Origin: an uncultured Gammaproteobacteria bacterium
GTDB taxonomy: Bacteria > Pseudomonadota > Gammaproteobacteria > JACCXJ01
Direction of reading: 5' to 3'
NCBI GenBank assembly: GCA_963764725.1
Contig: CAVXTM010000001.1
Location: forward strand, 128,001 to 192,000
DNA length: 64,000 nucleotides
Below are positions 19,259 through 30,479 of the stretch, piece by piece (the stretch's first letter is position 1; every line of letters begins with the position of its first letter). A model generated the notes under the pieces. The model made no database searches and had not been told where the DNA came from. It saw only the letters and a program-made list of their open reading frames with translations. Position numbers and translations under genes: made by a program.

Positions 19259-20239
19259 TTAAGGCAGTTTTATCCGCATAGCCTGGCGGTCCAGATAATC
19301 TTCATACGCCTTACCGATCCCCTTTCCCAATCCAATACTGGCCTTCCAGCCAAGTCGGTGTAAGCGTGTAACATCAAGGAGTTTGCGCGGAGTGCCATCC
19401 GGCTTGCTTGAATCCCACTCGATATCTCCCTCGAATCCAATTGTCTTGCGCACTAACGCCGCCAGCTCTCGGATCGTTAGGTCCTCGCCACAACCGATGT
19501 TGATGAGCGGTGGCGCCGCCGCGGATACACACAGCGGCGAAAACTCGTTGTCCGGAAGGTTCATTAGGTATACCGCGGCATCTGCGAGGTCATCCGAATA
19601 CAGAAACTCCCGCTTCGGTTGGCCAGTGCCCCACAGTGTAACCCTACTCGCCCCATGAATTTTCGCCTCATGCATTCTCCGTATTAACGCCGGCAGAACG
19701 TGGGACGTCTCAAAATCATAATCATCCCCTGGTCCGTAAAGGTTGGTTGGCATCGCCGCGAGATACTGTGTACCGTATTCGCGATTGTATGCCCAGCACA
19801 TTTCGATGCCGGCAATCTTGGCGACTGCGTAAGGGCGATTCGTAAGCTCCAAGTGCCCACTCAGCAGATACTCTTCCCTCATCGGCTGCGCACAATCGCG
19901 CGGATAAATGCAGGAGGACCCAAAAAAAAGCAGCCTCTTCACGCCGCTTTTCTTCGCCTCATGAATAACGTTCGTCTGTATCGCTAGATTCTGGTAGATA
20001 AACTGCGCCGGAAACTTCCAGTTGGCCCAAATACCACCCACTTTCGCCGCGCACAAGAACACGAATTCCGGCCGTTCAGTCCGAAAGAAGGTCTGAACCG
20101 CCCCTTGGGCTGTCAGATCCAGCTCAGCATGGTTACGGGCCAGCGTGTTGCGATACCCATCGGCCTTCAGCTTGCGGCAGACGGCAGAGCCGACCAGACC
20201 CGCATGGCCAGCTACATAAATCTTCGCGGTTTGATCCAT
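19259..20239 (-). CDS. fcl: GDP-L-fucose synthase
   Basis: IYVAGHAGLVGSA, AAKVGGI, GSSCIYP, PTNLYGP, SHVLPAL, KPDGTPRK. Confidence 0.95.
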   Translation of the reverse strand: MDQTAKIYVAGHAGLVGSAVCRKLKADGYRNTLARNHAELDLTAQGAVQTFFRTERPEFVFLCAAKVGGIWANWKFPAQFIYQNLAIQTNVIHEAKKSGVKRLLFFGSSCIYPRDCAQPMREEYLLSGHLELTNRPYAVAKIAGIEMCWAYNREYGTQYLAAMPTNLYGPGDDYDFETSHVLPALIRRMHEAKIHGASRVTLWGTGQPKREFLYSDDLADAAVYLMNLPDNEFSPLCVSAAAPPLINIGCGEDLTIRELAALVRKTIGFEGDIEWDSSKPDGTPRKLLDVTRLHRLGWKASIGLGKGIGKAYEDYLDRQAMRIKLP

Positions 20240-20242
20240 CCT

Positions 20243-21349
20243 CTATTCACTGTAATTATACACTTTATAGCCTTCGCGGCGGCAAAGCTCGTCGCGCTCC
20301 GCTTGCTTTAGGTCTTCGCGCACCATCTCCGCGACAAGTTCTGTGAACGTGGTCCGTGGGCGCCAGCCAAGCTTCTCGCCTGCCTTGGATGGATCTCCAA
20401 GCAGCGTCTTGACCTCGCTCGGCCGGAAGTAATGGGGGTCCACGGCAACCACCGCGCCGCCGTCACGGGTTCCATGTCCCGAAACGGCAATGCCAACCTC
20501 TTCGACACCCTGCCCCCGCCATTCGATCTCCATCCCGACCTCGCGAAAAGCCAGCTCCGTGAACTCTCGCACGGAATGCTGTTCGCCGGTGGCTATGACG
20601 AAATCCTCGGGCTGTGCCTGCTGAAGAATGAGCCACTGCGCTTCGACATAATCACGGGCGTGGCCCCAATCGCGTTTCGCATCAAGGTTTCCCAAATAGA
20701 ACCGCTCCTGCAGCCCAAGCTTGATGCGCGCGGCGGCGCGTGTGATCTTGCGGCTGACAAAAGTCTCGCCGCGGATGGGGGATTCGTGGTTGAAAAGAAT
20801 GCCATTGCAAGCATATATGCCGTACGCTTCGCGGTAGTTAACGGTAATCCAATAGGCATACAGCTTCGCCGCGCCATAAGGGGAGCGGGGATAGAATGGA
20901 GTGGTTTCCCTTTGAGGCACCTCGCGGACGAGGCCGTAGAGCTCCGAGGTCGAGGCCTGATAGAAGCGTGTATGCTTTTCAAATCCCAGGATGCGGATCG
21001 CTTCCAGTAATCTTAGTGTTCCGAGCGCATCGGAGTTCGCCGTATATTCGGGCTCCTCAAAGGACACCGCGACATGGCTTTGTGCTCCGAGATTATAGAT
21101 CTCATCGGGTCGCACCTTTTGCACGGCGAATATAAGACTGCTCGAGTCGGTCAGATCGCCGTAGTGGAGAATGAATCTTCTATTTTCCTCATGCGGGTCC
21201 TGATACAAATGGTCGATTCGATCTGTATTTAACAACGAGGTCCGGCGCTTGATGCCGTGCACCTCATAGCCTTTCTTTAACAAGAACTCGGCCAGATAAG
21301 CGCCGTCCTGCCCGGTGATACCCGTGATCAAAGCAACTTTTTTTCTCAT
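20243..21349 (-). CDS. gmd: GDP-mannose 4,6-dehydratase
   Basis: [44 protein letters not shown]. Confidence 0.97.
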   Translation of the reverse strand: MRKKVALITGITGQDGAYLAEFLLKKGYEVHGIKRRTSLLNTDRIDHLYQDPHEENRRFILHYGDLTDSSSLIFAVQKVRPDEIYNLGAQSHVAVSFEEPEYTANSDALGTLRLLEAIRILGFEKHTRFYQASTSELYGLVREVPQRETTPFYPRSPYGAAKLYAYWITVNYREAYGIYACNGILFNHESPIRGETFVSRKITRAAARIKLGLQERFYLGNLDAKRDWGHARDYVEAQWLILQQAQPEDFVIATGEQHSVREFTELAFREVGMEIEWRGQGVEEVGIAVSGHGTRDGGAVVAVDPHYFRPSEVKTLLGDPSKAGEKLGWRPRTTFTELVAEMVREDLKQAERDELCRREGYKVYNYSE

Positions 21350-21393
21350 GTTTGTAAAACGCCCATCGCCGTCACTCCACTTACCCCGCTCAG

Positions 21394-22242
21394 TCACCTA
21401 GGCTCGGACGATCCGGCCGGACGCTCCAAGAACTCAAAGAGCTTGCGCGGGTACTTTAGCAGTATTTTGAAAAGATTAGTTTCCACGCCGTTTTCACGGC
21501 ACGCCCGAACGATTTCCTGGTTGGTGATCCATTTGTTCTCGATCCCACGGTTACTGACCCCCCCTCGGCGCATCTTTACAATCACGCGATCGAGGTAGCT
21601 GTAAGGGAGGTTCTTCCGCGCGAGAAATCTCACCAGCAGCTCGTAATCCGCCGCCATACGGTAGTCGGTCTTGTACAACCCGTACCTTTCGTAGCAGGTC
21701 TTCCGGGTAAAGAAAGTCGGGTGCGCCGGCATCCACCCGTAGGCGAACCGCCCTGGTTGAAAAGAAGCGGATCGATAGTACCGGATCGTCCGGTCCGTGT
21801 TCTCTCGGTCGACGATCACAAGGTCGGCAAAAAGGGCATCGATATCCTTGTCAACAAATTCCTTGACGACGGTGGCGATGACGTCCGGCCCCGCATAGAC
21901 ATCGTCCGCATTCAAGATCCCGATGATCGATCCCGACGCCAAACGTATCCCTTTGTTCATGGCGTCGTACATACCGCCGTCGGGTTCCGAGACCAGCACG
22001 GCGATTCTTTCTCGAAACGGCGACAGTACCTCCAGCGTGCCGTCGGTTGAACCCCCGTCGATGATGATATGCTCTATGGACGGATAACCCTGACCGCTAA
22101 CCGACCGCACCGTGTCCACTATCGTACTGGCACTGTTAAGACACACACTCACGATCGATACCTGAGGCCGCGCCTCGGCGAAATCCTTCGACTTCTCCGC
22201 ATCGGTTACCACGATTCTAACCGATGCAGATTGTCCTGCCAT
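21394..22242 (-). CDS. GT2 glycosyltransferase (WcaE-like, possible fucosyltransferase)
   Basis: [37 protein letters not shown]; adjacent to gmd-fcl. Confidence 0.88.
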   Translation of the reverse strand: MAGQSASVRIVVTDAEKSKDFAEARPQVSIVSVCLNSASTIVDTVRSVSGQGYPSIEHIIIDGGSTDGTLEVLSPFRERIAVLVSEPDGGMYDAMNKGIRLASGSIIGILNADDVYAGPDVIATVVKEFVDKDIDALFADLVIVDRENTDRTIRYYRSASFQPGRFAYGWMPAHPTFFTRKTCYERYGLYKTDYRMAADYELLVRFLARKNLPYSYLDRVIVKMRRGGVSNRGIENKWITNQEIVRACRENGVETNLFKILLKYPRKLFEFLERPAGSSEPR

Positions 22243-22261
22243 GCTATGAGAGCGGGTTGCC

Positions 22262-23137
22262 TTACCACTCCGTACTCGATTCGTATCCGAGTTGGAGCAA
22301 CAGATGGCCCGCGGATTCTCTAAAGAGCATCCTGAGCAAAGGCGTGAATTCTTTTTCCCACTGTTTCGGCGCACCACTGCGCACATGGCTCTTCTCGCGT
22401 TTCCGGCGGTGCTTGATACTCTTCCTTTCAGCCAACGCAACGCCCCGTGCAACCACCGACGGTGGGAATCCATAGTGCTCGAGCAGCCTGCGGAAGATAT
22501 CGGCCTCGTTCCCGATCACGTCTTCGTAACGCACTTCCATGATCCGCGGGTTCGAAAAGTCCCAGCGGCGCATCTGCTCGAAATGAGGGGATCGCCAAAT
22601 CAATTCCAGGATCATGCCCCGCTCCGGGTCCAGCGTGTTGATATACTCCTGATACGACAATCCGCGGGGAAACCTCTCGGGCACATGCTCAACGTAGCGT
22701 CCGAAATACGGGTGGGCGGTAAGAGATCGCCACGCGAATCCCGGATCATGGCACCATGCTTCGCGAGTCCAGCGATGATAATGATAACCGGAAACGACGA
22801 GATCACGCGGATCCCGAACGAAATGACTGCCCCGGTACTCCGGCAATCGATCCCAGGCGATATCACTACGGTTATTGACACTGAGAACTCGCTGACGCGA
22901 GTCATGCAGCGCCGCATGTTCAAAACGCGCATAGTCGGAAGTGAAATGCCCATAGTAGAAGCCAAACTCTGCGCTGAGCGCTCGCATGATCGACAGGTAG
23001 TAAGACGTAAGGCATTTGTGGTAGGAGAAGTGAACGACGAGATCGCACCCAAGCGCCTTTCGCGTTCCCAAACGGACCAGGGCAAAATGAAAGCGGCGCA
23101 CCCGATCGGCGAGATCACGCAGATGCGAAACATACAT
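22262..23137 (-). CDS. Sulfotransferase-fold protein
   Basis: YHKCLTSY (5'-PSB-like), RDPRDLVVSGY (3'-PB), VRYED, HVRSG...W. Confidence 0.75.
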   Translation of the reverse strand: MYVSHLRDLADRVRRFHFALVRLGTRKALGCDLVVHFSYHKCLTSYYLSIMRALSAEFGFYYGHFTSDYARFEHAALHDSRQRVLSVNNRSDIAWDRLPEYRGSHFVRDPRDLVVSGYHYHRWTREAWCHDPGFAWRSLTAHPYFGRYVEHVPERFPRGLSYQEYINTLDPERGMILELIWRSPHFEQMRRWDFSNPRIMEVRYEDVIGNEADIFRRLLEHYGFPPSVVARGVALAERKSIKHRRKREKSHVRSGAPKQWEKEFTPLLRMLFRESAGHLLLQLGYESSTEW

Positions 23138-23159
23138 TACGCAACCCCTAGCAAGAACA

Positions 23160-24038
23160 TCATCGCGCTCCGGAGGCGTCTTGACTTACCGGCATTGTCA
23201 CGGCACCCCGGCCGCCGGCCCCGCGAACCCGCCAGCGCGCCCCGAAGCCCTCCAACTGTTGCGCCGAGTAGAAGTGCCGGGCGTACCGCGATCCGTAGAT
23301 CTCGTCCAAGAACTCAGTGTCGAACGCGATGCCCGCGCGAAACCGCATATACGCCTTCGCATATCGCTTCTGGCTGCCCACGTTCGTTGCTTCCAGGCGC
23401 AGATTGGGTGCATCGAGGAAATCGCGCAGCACGGCCTCCTTCCGCTCGTCCGGCAGCTCCACTTGCAACACCAGCACCGACGAGGCCCCGATCGAATAGG
23501 TTGCGTGGCCTACCTGCGGGTCAAACGCCGCAGCCAGCAAGTCCAACCCCAGCACATCCCGGATCTCAGCGTCGAACCAACGCGCTGGCTGGCTGTGCGG
23601 GTACTTGCGCATGAACGTCGCCACCATGTCGTTGACCGGATCACCAGGACGGGTTATACCCAGGCGCCGGAGGAACGCCGACACGCGGGGGTAGCGGCTT
23701 AGGAGCCCTGCCACGAACACCTCCCTCTTACCGAATCCGTACGAATCCAGATTCTGAAAGAACGCCGACACATTCCGCGCCAGCGGATCGCGCGTAGCCG
23801 TGATCAACTTGAACGGCCGGTCTGTTTCGAGCACCTCGCGGCGCACGCGCAGAGCATTTAGCATGTGTAGTTTGGGCCCGCCGTGATCCCGGTTCCATTT
23901 CTCTACGATCTCTACGATTCTCGGACTCAAGCAGTGTGTGTGCGCGGTGTCATACGAATCCAGCCGCTTGCAGGCCTGCTCGATTGTCTTCGAACCGACC
24001 TTCCCCATGGTGTGGATGAGCAGGGGTATGCGTGCCAT
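23160..24038 (-). CDS. Sulfotransferase-fold putative capsular polysaccharide synthesis protein
   Basis: MGKVGSKT, RDPLARNVSAFFQN, WFD.EI, NVGSQKRY, EIYGSRYARHFY. Confidence 0.7.
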   Translation of the reverse strand: MARIPLLIHTMGKVGSKTIEQACKRLDSYDTAHTHCLSPRIVEIVEKWNRDHGGPKLHMLNALRVRREVLETDRPFKLITATRDPLARNVSAFFQNLDSYGFGKREVFVAGLLSRYPRVSAFLRRLGITRPGDPVNDMVATFMRKYPHSQPARWFDAEIRDVLGLDLLAAAFDPQVGHATYSIGASSVLVLQVELPDERKEAVLRDFLDAPNLRLEATNVGSQKRYAKAYMRFRAGIAFDTEFLDEIYGSRYARHFYSAQQLEGFGARWRVRGAGGRGAVTMPVSQDASGAR

Positions 24039-24050
24039 ATTATGCTTGTC

Positions 24051-26002
24051 CTAAACATGCCCCGCGGGCCGGGAATGCAACGCCTTCCAGATACTTGTCG
24101 CAAGGCTTGCGGCATCGAGACCATGCGCTCGGAGCACCTCGTCGTTCGTCCCACAGGCCTGAAGTCCCCGAATCCCGAACCTCGTGAAACGCGCTCCGTT
24201 CAGGGCACCCGCTTCCGCTAGCGCCGCGCCGATCATCTCGCCCTGGCCCCGGTGATATAGTGATTGTCGAGCGTGAAGATATCCGGGCAACCTGAAACGC
24301 TATCCCTGAGCCAAGTCTGATCGATCCGATTGAGCCACGGCAGCTCCACCACCTTCAACCAGACGCCCCTCTGCTCGGCGAGAATCTCGGCGGCCCGCCA
24401 AGCCTGTGACAGCATAACTGGACCGTACGCGAAGATCACGGCATCGCGCCCTTCCCGGAGCGTAACCCCCCGTCCTTCTTCAAAGCGGTAGCCGCCGGGC
24501 AACTCGAATGGGATCTCCCAGGGGACCGACACCAGGCGAATGTAACTGCTCTCCGATATCCTTCGCGCACAGTAGTCAACGGCCAGCTCGACCGCGTGCT
24601 CCGTGGCCGGCTCGATCATCACGAGCCCGGGTACCGCCGCCAGTGCCGCGATGTCGCGTACCGCCTGGTGAGAATGCCCGGGGCCTCCAGGTACGATCCC
24701 CGCCAGCGAGCCGACATAGATGATCTTAGTCCGTTCGGTTGCGTTGTTGTAGATCTGCTCATTTGGCCGCGCCGACAGAAAGCACGCAAAGGAATGCACT
24801 ACCGGCAGAAGTCCGCGCAGCGCCATGCCGCCTGCCTGCGACACCATATCCTGCTCCGCAATTCCACATTCGAAGAACCGGTCGGGAAACGCCTGCCGGA
24901 ACGGGATAAGGCCCGTATCCAACATCAGATCCGCATCCAGAGCCACGATCCGCGGATTTCGGCACGCCTGGTCGATCAGCGCTCTCGAATATGCGTCTAC
25001 GAGCCTCTGCGGTCTTGCGCTTGCGGGCCGATCCTGCGCCACCGCGGCTTCCAGCGACAATGGCGCCGCGTTGACCGCCTGGAGCTGCCGGTCAATCGCC
25101 GCGACGATCTCTTCCACCGCTCTCGCGTACGAATCGGCATCGGGCGCGCCGCTGTGGAAGCGGTAACGCTCTTCGTAGGGAGCCATGGCCGTGTGCTCCA
25201 TGAAAGAGACCCCACGGCCCTTGATGGTATCTGCGATTATCACCTGCGGCTTGTCTCTTACCTTTGTAACCCTCGCTATCACCGGAGCAACGGCATCGAG
25301 ATCATGGCCGTCGCAGCGCTCGACGTGCCACCCGAAGCTAACGAGCTTGCTTTCCAGATCACCGAGATCGCTGACTTTCGATACAAAAGTATCCGATTGC
25401 AGCTTGTTGTGGTCGACGATGACGGTAAGCTCGTGCATCCCGAAGTTTGCTGCGGAGGCCAGGGATTCCCAGATCTGTCCTTCCTGCAACTCGCCGTCTC
25501 CGGTAAGCACGAAGATCCTTTGGTCGATACCTCGCATGCGGTTGGCGATTACCATGCCTTTGGCCTTTGATATGCCCATGCCCAACGATCCAGTATTCGT
25601 GGCGACGCCGCGTGTCGACGTGTCGGGATGCCCGGGCAAGCCATCCACACGACGGAGTCGATGGATCAGATCGAGATCGAGTTTGCCCAACCCGGTCAGC
25701 GCCGCGTAGAGACCGGGGACGTCGTGACCTTTCGAGGAAAAATAAAGGTTTGGCGGACGTCCGCGCGAGCCGTTCAGCTCATTCAGATGGATCCAAGACA
25801 CGATATCCAGGCTCGAGAAACTCGAGCCGATGTGGCCCGAGCCTGCCCGCGCGATCATGTAGAGTGCGTTGAGCCGGCAGAGATCGGCAAAGATCCTGGT
25901 TTTCTTTACCGGCCCGATCGGGAGCTTGAGCACCCGTTCAAACTCCGCTTTCGGGACGTAGTGCAGTGTCCCCCGCACCGATTCGCCTAGCTGATCCCCC
26001 AC
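24051..26002 (-). pseudogene. Single-chain transketolase-like ThDP enzyme, frameshift near 24250
   Basis: GHIGSSFS, SKGH, GSLGMG, GDGELQEG, GIAEQ; reading HYITG resumes as GQGEMI in another frame (one G short in a G run); may be a sequencing error. Confidence 0.8.
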
Positions 26003-26025
26003 GGTGTTTGTCCCCTTGAATCAGA

Positions 26026-26791
26026 TCAAGCGTTGTATGGAAAGGGAGGCCGATCCACGGGTGGCAGGGTCGCCATCCCGGACTCGATCAGGTGTTCCGC
26101 GTACCACCAGTCGCGAAGGGTGTTCACATCGAGTCCCTCATCGTCCGAGGTGAAAAACGGCATGCTCACTTCACCGGAGATGGTGCGTCCCTCGAATACG
26201 ATCCTCGTCCAGGCGATCTCGAGACTGGCGTTCTGGACGAAAACGGGTGGCAACGATTGGTATTGCCGGCTGTGCCACGGCGTCGCACCGTCGTTCACCG
26301 GTAGCACCGGTACCATTCTCCTTCCTCGGATCACCCACATCTTGGCTGGATGCTGGGCACACCGTTCCACAGCACGCAGAGAATCGACCCCTTGTTCGGT
26401 TAGAAACTCTTGCCATGCGCGGCGGATCGTTTCCGGCTTGCGGAAAGGGCTCGTGGGTCGCAGAATGCTGAAGCAGTCATACACGCGCCCCTCTTGCTTG
26501 AGCCGCATAAGGGTGTATTCGACAAAATCGATGTCCGGTGAGGTGTCGCCAGCAAGCTCCCCGGGACGCAGGAAGGGCACTTCTGCGCCGTAGTGACGGC
26601 CAATCTCCGCATACTCCCCGGAATCCGTCGAACAGAACAACGGCGTCGAAGATCCCGCTGTCGAGTGCTGCCCTGACCGTGTAGGCCAGCACGGGATGCC
26701 CGTGCAAGGCGCGCACGTTCTTACCGTCAATCCGCTTGGAACCCGAGCGGGCGGGAATCAGTGCAACGATGCTCAAAGGTTTTTGCTGCAC
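26026..26791 (-). pseudogene. neuA: Acylneuraminate cytidylyltransferase (NeuA family), frameshift near 26635
   Basis: IPARSGSKRI..KN in one frame; CSTDS, PFLRP, LRPTSPFR, QNASL, LDVNT in another; one extra base; may be a sequencing error. Confidence 0.8.
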
Positions 26792-26805
26792 AATGATAAG
26801 CTGTG

Positions 26806-28287
26806 CTAAATGCGCCTCGGGTCAACGTTGAGGCAGACGTTCTTAAGATTTGAATAAATATCCAGGGCTTCTGTTCCCGGCTCCCGGCTGCTGTTGCCCG
26901 ACTGTTTGAGTCCTCCGAAAGGTATATGCGGCTCGCTGCCATGGGTGCCCGCATTGACCACGGCCACGCCCGACTGGACCTCATAGCAGAACTGCAGGGC
27001 GCGGTCGAGACTGCGCGTGTGGATGCAGGCGGTGAGGCCGTAGGGCGAGTTGTTAGCGAGCAGCAAGGCCTCGTTAAAATCCCGCGCACGGTAAAGACAG
27101 GTTATTGGCCCGAACAGCTCGCGCATCGAGATCTCATCGTCAGGCGCGACATTGTCGATCAGCGTCGGCGCCATATAAAAGCCCCCTGCGTGGGATGGGT
27201 CGGTCAAACGGCGACCGCCGATCAGGACACGTGCTCCGGCACCTTCCGCCTGTGCTATAGCGGTAAGCATTCCGTTGAGTTGCCGTTCGTTGATGACGGG
27301 CCCAAGGTGGTCGCCGTCTTCCGGCCCGAGTTTGAGCGCCCTCGTCGCCTCCACTAGCATGTTCCGAAAACGATCATAGATCGTATCGAAGACGATGATG
27401 CGGCTGCCCGCCGCGCAGCGTTGGCCTGCGTTGGAGAAGGCCGAGAGGCACACCCACCGCACGACGTATTCGAGATCCGCGTCGTCGCACACCACGAGAG
27501 GATTCTTGCCGCCAAGCTCTAGCGAGATCTTGGCAAGCCGCCGCGCGGCGATCTCGGCTAGCAACTTTCCGACGGCCGTCGATCCTGTAAAGCTCACCAC
27601 CGCAACGTCCTCGTGCTCGACGAGCGGTTGACCGGCCTCGGGCCCAAAGCCCTGCACTACGTCCAGCACCCCCCTCGGCAACCCAGCCTCCTGCGCGATG
27701 GCAGCCACAATCCAGGCGGTGGCGGGCGTGTCTTCGGCCGCCTTCAGCACCACGCTGTTCCCGCAGATCATGGCGGGAAAGATTTTCCAAGCTACATTAG
27801 CGATGGGTGTATTAGCGGGAACGATGAGCCCTGCGACACCGCACGGCTGGCGTATTGTAAAGTTGTACTTGCCCGGTGCGGCGCTTGGTATGGTGCGCCC
27901 GAACAGCCGCTGCCCTTCGCCCGCGAAGAAGCGCCCGCAGGCGATCGCCCCCTCTGTCTCGCCGAGTGCATCCTTGAACGACTTTCCGGTCTCCAGCCTG
28001 ACGATACGCGCGATCTCTTCGCGTCGCGCCTCCATCGCGTTGCAGATAGTGTGCAGGATGTTGCCCCGCTGTACGGGAGGTAAAGCGGCCCACCTCGGCC
28101 ATGCCGCTTTCGCCGCTTGCACGGCTTCAGCGATATCCTCGCGGCCCGAGCGCGCGACTTGGCAAAGCTTCTGTCCGTCGTGGGGATTGAGCTTGTCGAA
28201 AAGTTTGCCGCCCTGAGCCGGCCGCTGTGCGCCGGCAATCCAGTTCGGGATTTCCGGCGGCACAATCGCAGTCTGCCCGATCGTCAC
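26806..28287 (-). CDS. Aldehyde dehydrogenase
   Basis: SFTGST, LELGGKNP, NAGQRC, ELFGP, PFGG.KQSG. Confidence 0.93.
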   Translation of the reverse strand: MTIGQTAIVPPEIPNWIAGAQRPAQGGKLFDKLNPHDGQKLCQVARSGREDIAEAVQAAKAAWPRWAALPPVQRGNILHTICNAMEARREEIARIVRLETGKSFKDALGETEGAIACGRFFAGEGQRLFGRTIPSAAPGKYNFTIRQPCGVAGLIVPANTPIANVAWKIFPAMICGNSVVLKAAEDTPATAWIVAAIAQEAGLPRGVLDVVQGFGPEAGQPLVEHEDVAVVSFTGSTAVGKLLAEIAARRLAKISLELGGKNPLVVCDDADLEYVVRWVCLSAFSNAGQRCAAGSRIIVFDTIYDRFRNMLVEATRALKLGPEDGDHLGPVINERQLNGMLTAIAQAEGAGARVLIGGRRLTDPSHAGGFYMAPTLIDNVAPDDEISMRELFGPITCLYRARDFNEALLLANNSPYGLTACIHTRSLDRALQFCYEVQSGVAVVNAGTHGSEPHIPFGGLKQSGNSSREPGTEALDIYSNLKNVCLNVDPRRI

Positions 28288-28294
28288 GTTTTGA

Positions 28295-29122
28295 CTACCA
28301 AGCCGTCCAGCCGCCGTCGATCACGAGGTTAGCGCCGGTCATGTACGACGAAGCCTCCGAGAGAAGAAAAAGCAGCGCGCCGTTATACTCGTCGGCCCGC
28401 GCCATTCGTCCGAGCGGAACGCGGGCGCTGTAGTGCCTGACAAACTCGTCGTCTTGATGATTATAAACACCACCAAAGGTCAGGCTGTTGACGCGAACGT
28501 TGCGTTCTCCCCAGTACGTCGCGAGATAACGCGTTAGATTCAACAGCGCCGATTTGGATACGGAATAGGATACCGGTTTGAAAAAATCGTGACCTTGTTT
28601 GCGACGATACTCGTAAACGCGTTGGTCCGGCGAGACCAGTCCGTAGATCGAATTTATGTTCACAATCGAGCCCCGGCCCAGCTTCGCCATGTTGGCACCG
28701 AACACCTGTGAGGCCAAGAAGACTCCCTTGACATTGACTTCCATGACTTTGTCCCAGGACGACTCCGGATAACTTTCGAACGGACCGTTCTCCGCCACCG
28801 GCGCGTTCGGAGGCGCATCGAGCGCGGCGTTGTTGATCAAGCCATCCGGCACGCCCCAACGCGCGGTGATTTCCTGCAATGCTTGCTCGACCGACGCACG
28901 GCTGGTCACGTCGCACGACAGGAACATCGCATTTTCGTTATCCGCCAGTTCGCCAAGGCAGTTCCTTACTGCGTCCGGATCGGCCTCAACGTCCAACACG
29001 ACCACCTTCGCCCCCGCCTGCGCCAGGGTGCGAGAAAACTCGCGTCCCAGTAGTCCCAGGCCGCCGGTCACCACGATCACCTCGTCGGTTACAGTGAACA
29101 GGTCCCCCAGCTTAGTCTCCAC
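28295..29122 (-). CDS. Short-chain dehydrogenase/reductase
   Basis: TGGLGLLG, INNAA, YSVSK, VRVNSL..GG, SYMTGANLVIDGG. Confidence 0.92.
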   Translation of the reverse strand: METKLGDLFTVTDEVIVVTGGLGLLGREFSRTLAQAGAKVVVLDVEADPDAVRNCLGELADNENAMFLSCDVTSRASVEQALQEITARWGVPDGLINNAALDAPPNAPVAENGPFESYPESSWDKVMEVNVKGVFLASQVFGANMAKLGRGSIVNINSIYGLVSPDQRVYEYRRKQGHDFFKPVSYSVSKSALLNLTRYLATYWGERNVRVNSLTFGGVYNHQDDEFVRHYSARVPLGRMARADEYNGALLFLLSEASSYMTGANLVIDGGWTAW

Positions 29123-29318
29123 GCCGTCACGTACTCAAAACACAAATGTTATCAGAACGGACTGTCGTGCGGGTGCACGGATGATCGCATCGTCTTGCAC
29201 GGTCAAAATGGGTTTCACTAGGTCGACGAGCGAACCAGGATTCAAATCTCTTACAGCTGACAGCATGAACGAAGGTGGTGAGCCGTTCAATCGCCGCTCA
29301 TCATGGACGACAGATTCG

Positions 29319-30410
29319 TCAGACATTAGATAGGGAATCCTCAAGTTCGGAAACCGTCCAATTGAGACCTAAGAGCGCCTGCTCGAATGCGTGATTCTCA
29401 AGGGGGCACAGCAAGGGCGCTAGGTTTCTGCGTTCGCCGTCGCCGGGGAAAAGCGGAAACCAAGTTGAAGTGGGGAGAGAATAGTAAACGGTCAACACGT
29501 AGCGTGACCGTGCTTGAATACGGCCACCGTAATGGAAACAGCGGTTAGTATCGCAAAAAATAGCTGTACCCTGAGGCCCAGTACAGACTTTCTCTCGACC
29601 TTGACCAACGATTCGATACACCTCTTCGTCCTCCAAGCGACCGGTGCGGTAGTTCAACTGCCGGGCCACTGTATGCGATAGTTCCGCCGGAAGGGCAGTA
29701 AAGGGTCCGGTCTCTGCATCCACGTCGGTAAGGTAGATGAGCACCTTGATCTGCATGATATCTTCAGGATCGCGGTGATACAGGTGCGATGACCACTTCA
29801 GAATTTCTCTGCAGCTCGCCCGGTTGATATCAAAGCCAAACAGAACCGGGAGACACCCAAAATAGCGGATAATAGGGACGATGAGATTAGGGTCTAGAGC
29901 GAGTTGCGCAATTGCTGACCCGGAATCGAAGTCCTTTTGGGAACTTGCAATATAATCAAGGCTTCCCTTCGACGGCAGTTCGTCGGCTTCCCGTTGTACA
30001 ATCTTCTTCCTAGCCTCCGCCTGGGCTATATCAAATGGACGATACCCCTTTAAGCGTACGATGCCGATGCTCTGGCCAGGTTCGATCCTAAAGTCAGGAT
30101 AGATGAGCTTCTCTTGGAAGCTAGCAATATAATCAGCACCTAGCTTTCTTCTGACCTCAAAAATCTCATGCTTCAGTGCCTTTGCTATTTGATGATAAAA
30201 CAGTCGCTCAGCTACCGTCCCTCGGGTGCGAATATAGTCGCGATCGAGCAAATGAACTAATTTTTCGAGCTTTGCTTGACGGTGATCGTCTTGTGAAGGC
30301 TGGCGAGTCGGTATTTTCAACTTCTGCGAGAGCGCCGTCCGCGTGAGACGGGCGCGTTTGCGTAACTTCCGCAAGGTTCCCGTAAGGTGAGTAAGGAACG
30401 ATTGCCCCAT
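29319..30410 (-). CDS. Putative 2OG/Fe(II) dioxygenase (PhyH-like)
   Basis: HRD, IYLTDVD..TGP, G.AIFCDT..FHYG: HxD...H triad. Confidence 0.65.
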   Translation of the reverse strand: MGQSFLTHLTGTLRKLRKRARLTRTALSQKLKIPTRQPSQDDHRQAKLEKLVHLLDRDYIRTRGTVAERLFYHQIAKALKHEIFEVRRKLGADYIASFQEKLIYPDFRIEPGQSIGIVRLKGYRPFDIAQAEARKKIVQREADELPSKGSLDYIASSQKDFDSGSAIAQLALDPNLIVPIIRYFGCLPVLFGFDINRASCREILKWSSHLYHRDPEDIMQIKVLIYLTDVDAETGPFTALPAELSHTVARQLNYRTGRLEDEEVYRIVGQGREKVCTGPQGTAIFCDTNRCFHYGGRIQARSRYVLTVYYSLPTSTWFPLFPGDGERRNLAPLLCPLENHAFEQALLGLNWTVSELEDSLSNV

Positions 30411-30479
30411 ATCCTTCTTCAGTTTTTCGCCGGGATTCGATGGCAGGTGGCCATCAACAGACCTTAAAGATGATGTCCT

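Noticed and set aside
22292-23614. 440-aa plus-strand ORF (also 9066-9974, 24596-25570, 51830-52711)
   Set aside because: Antisense shadows of motif-bearing genes in GC-rich DNA, with no recognisable domains
29135-29344. 69-aa ORF between the dioxygenase and SDR genes
   Set aside because: No motif or RBS support
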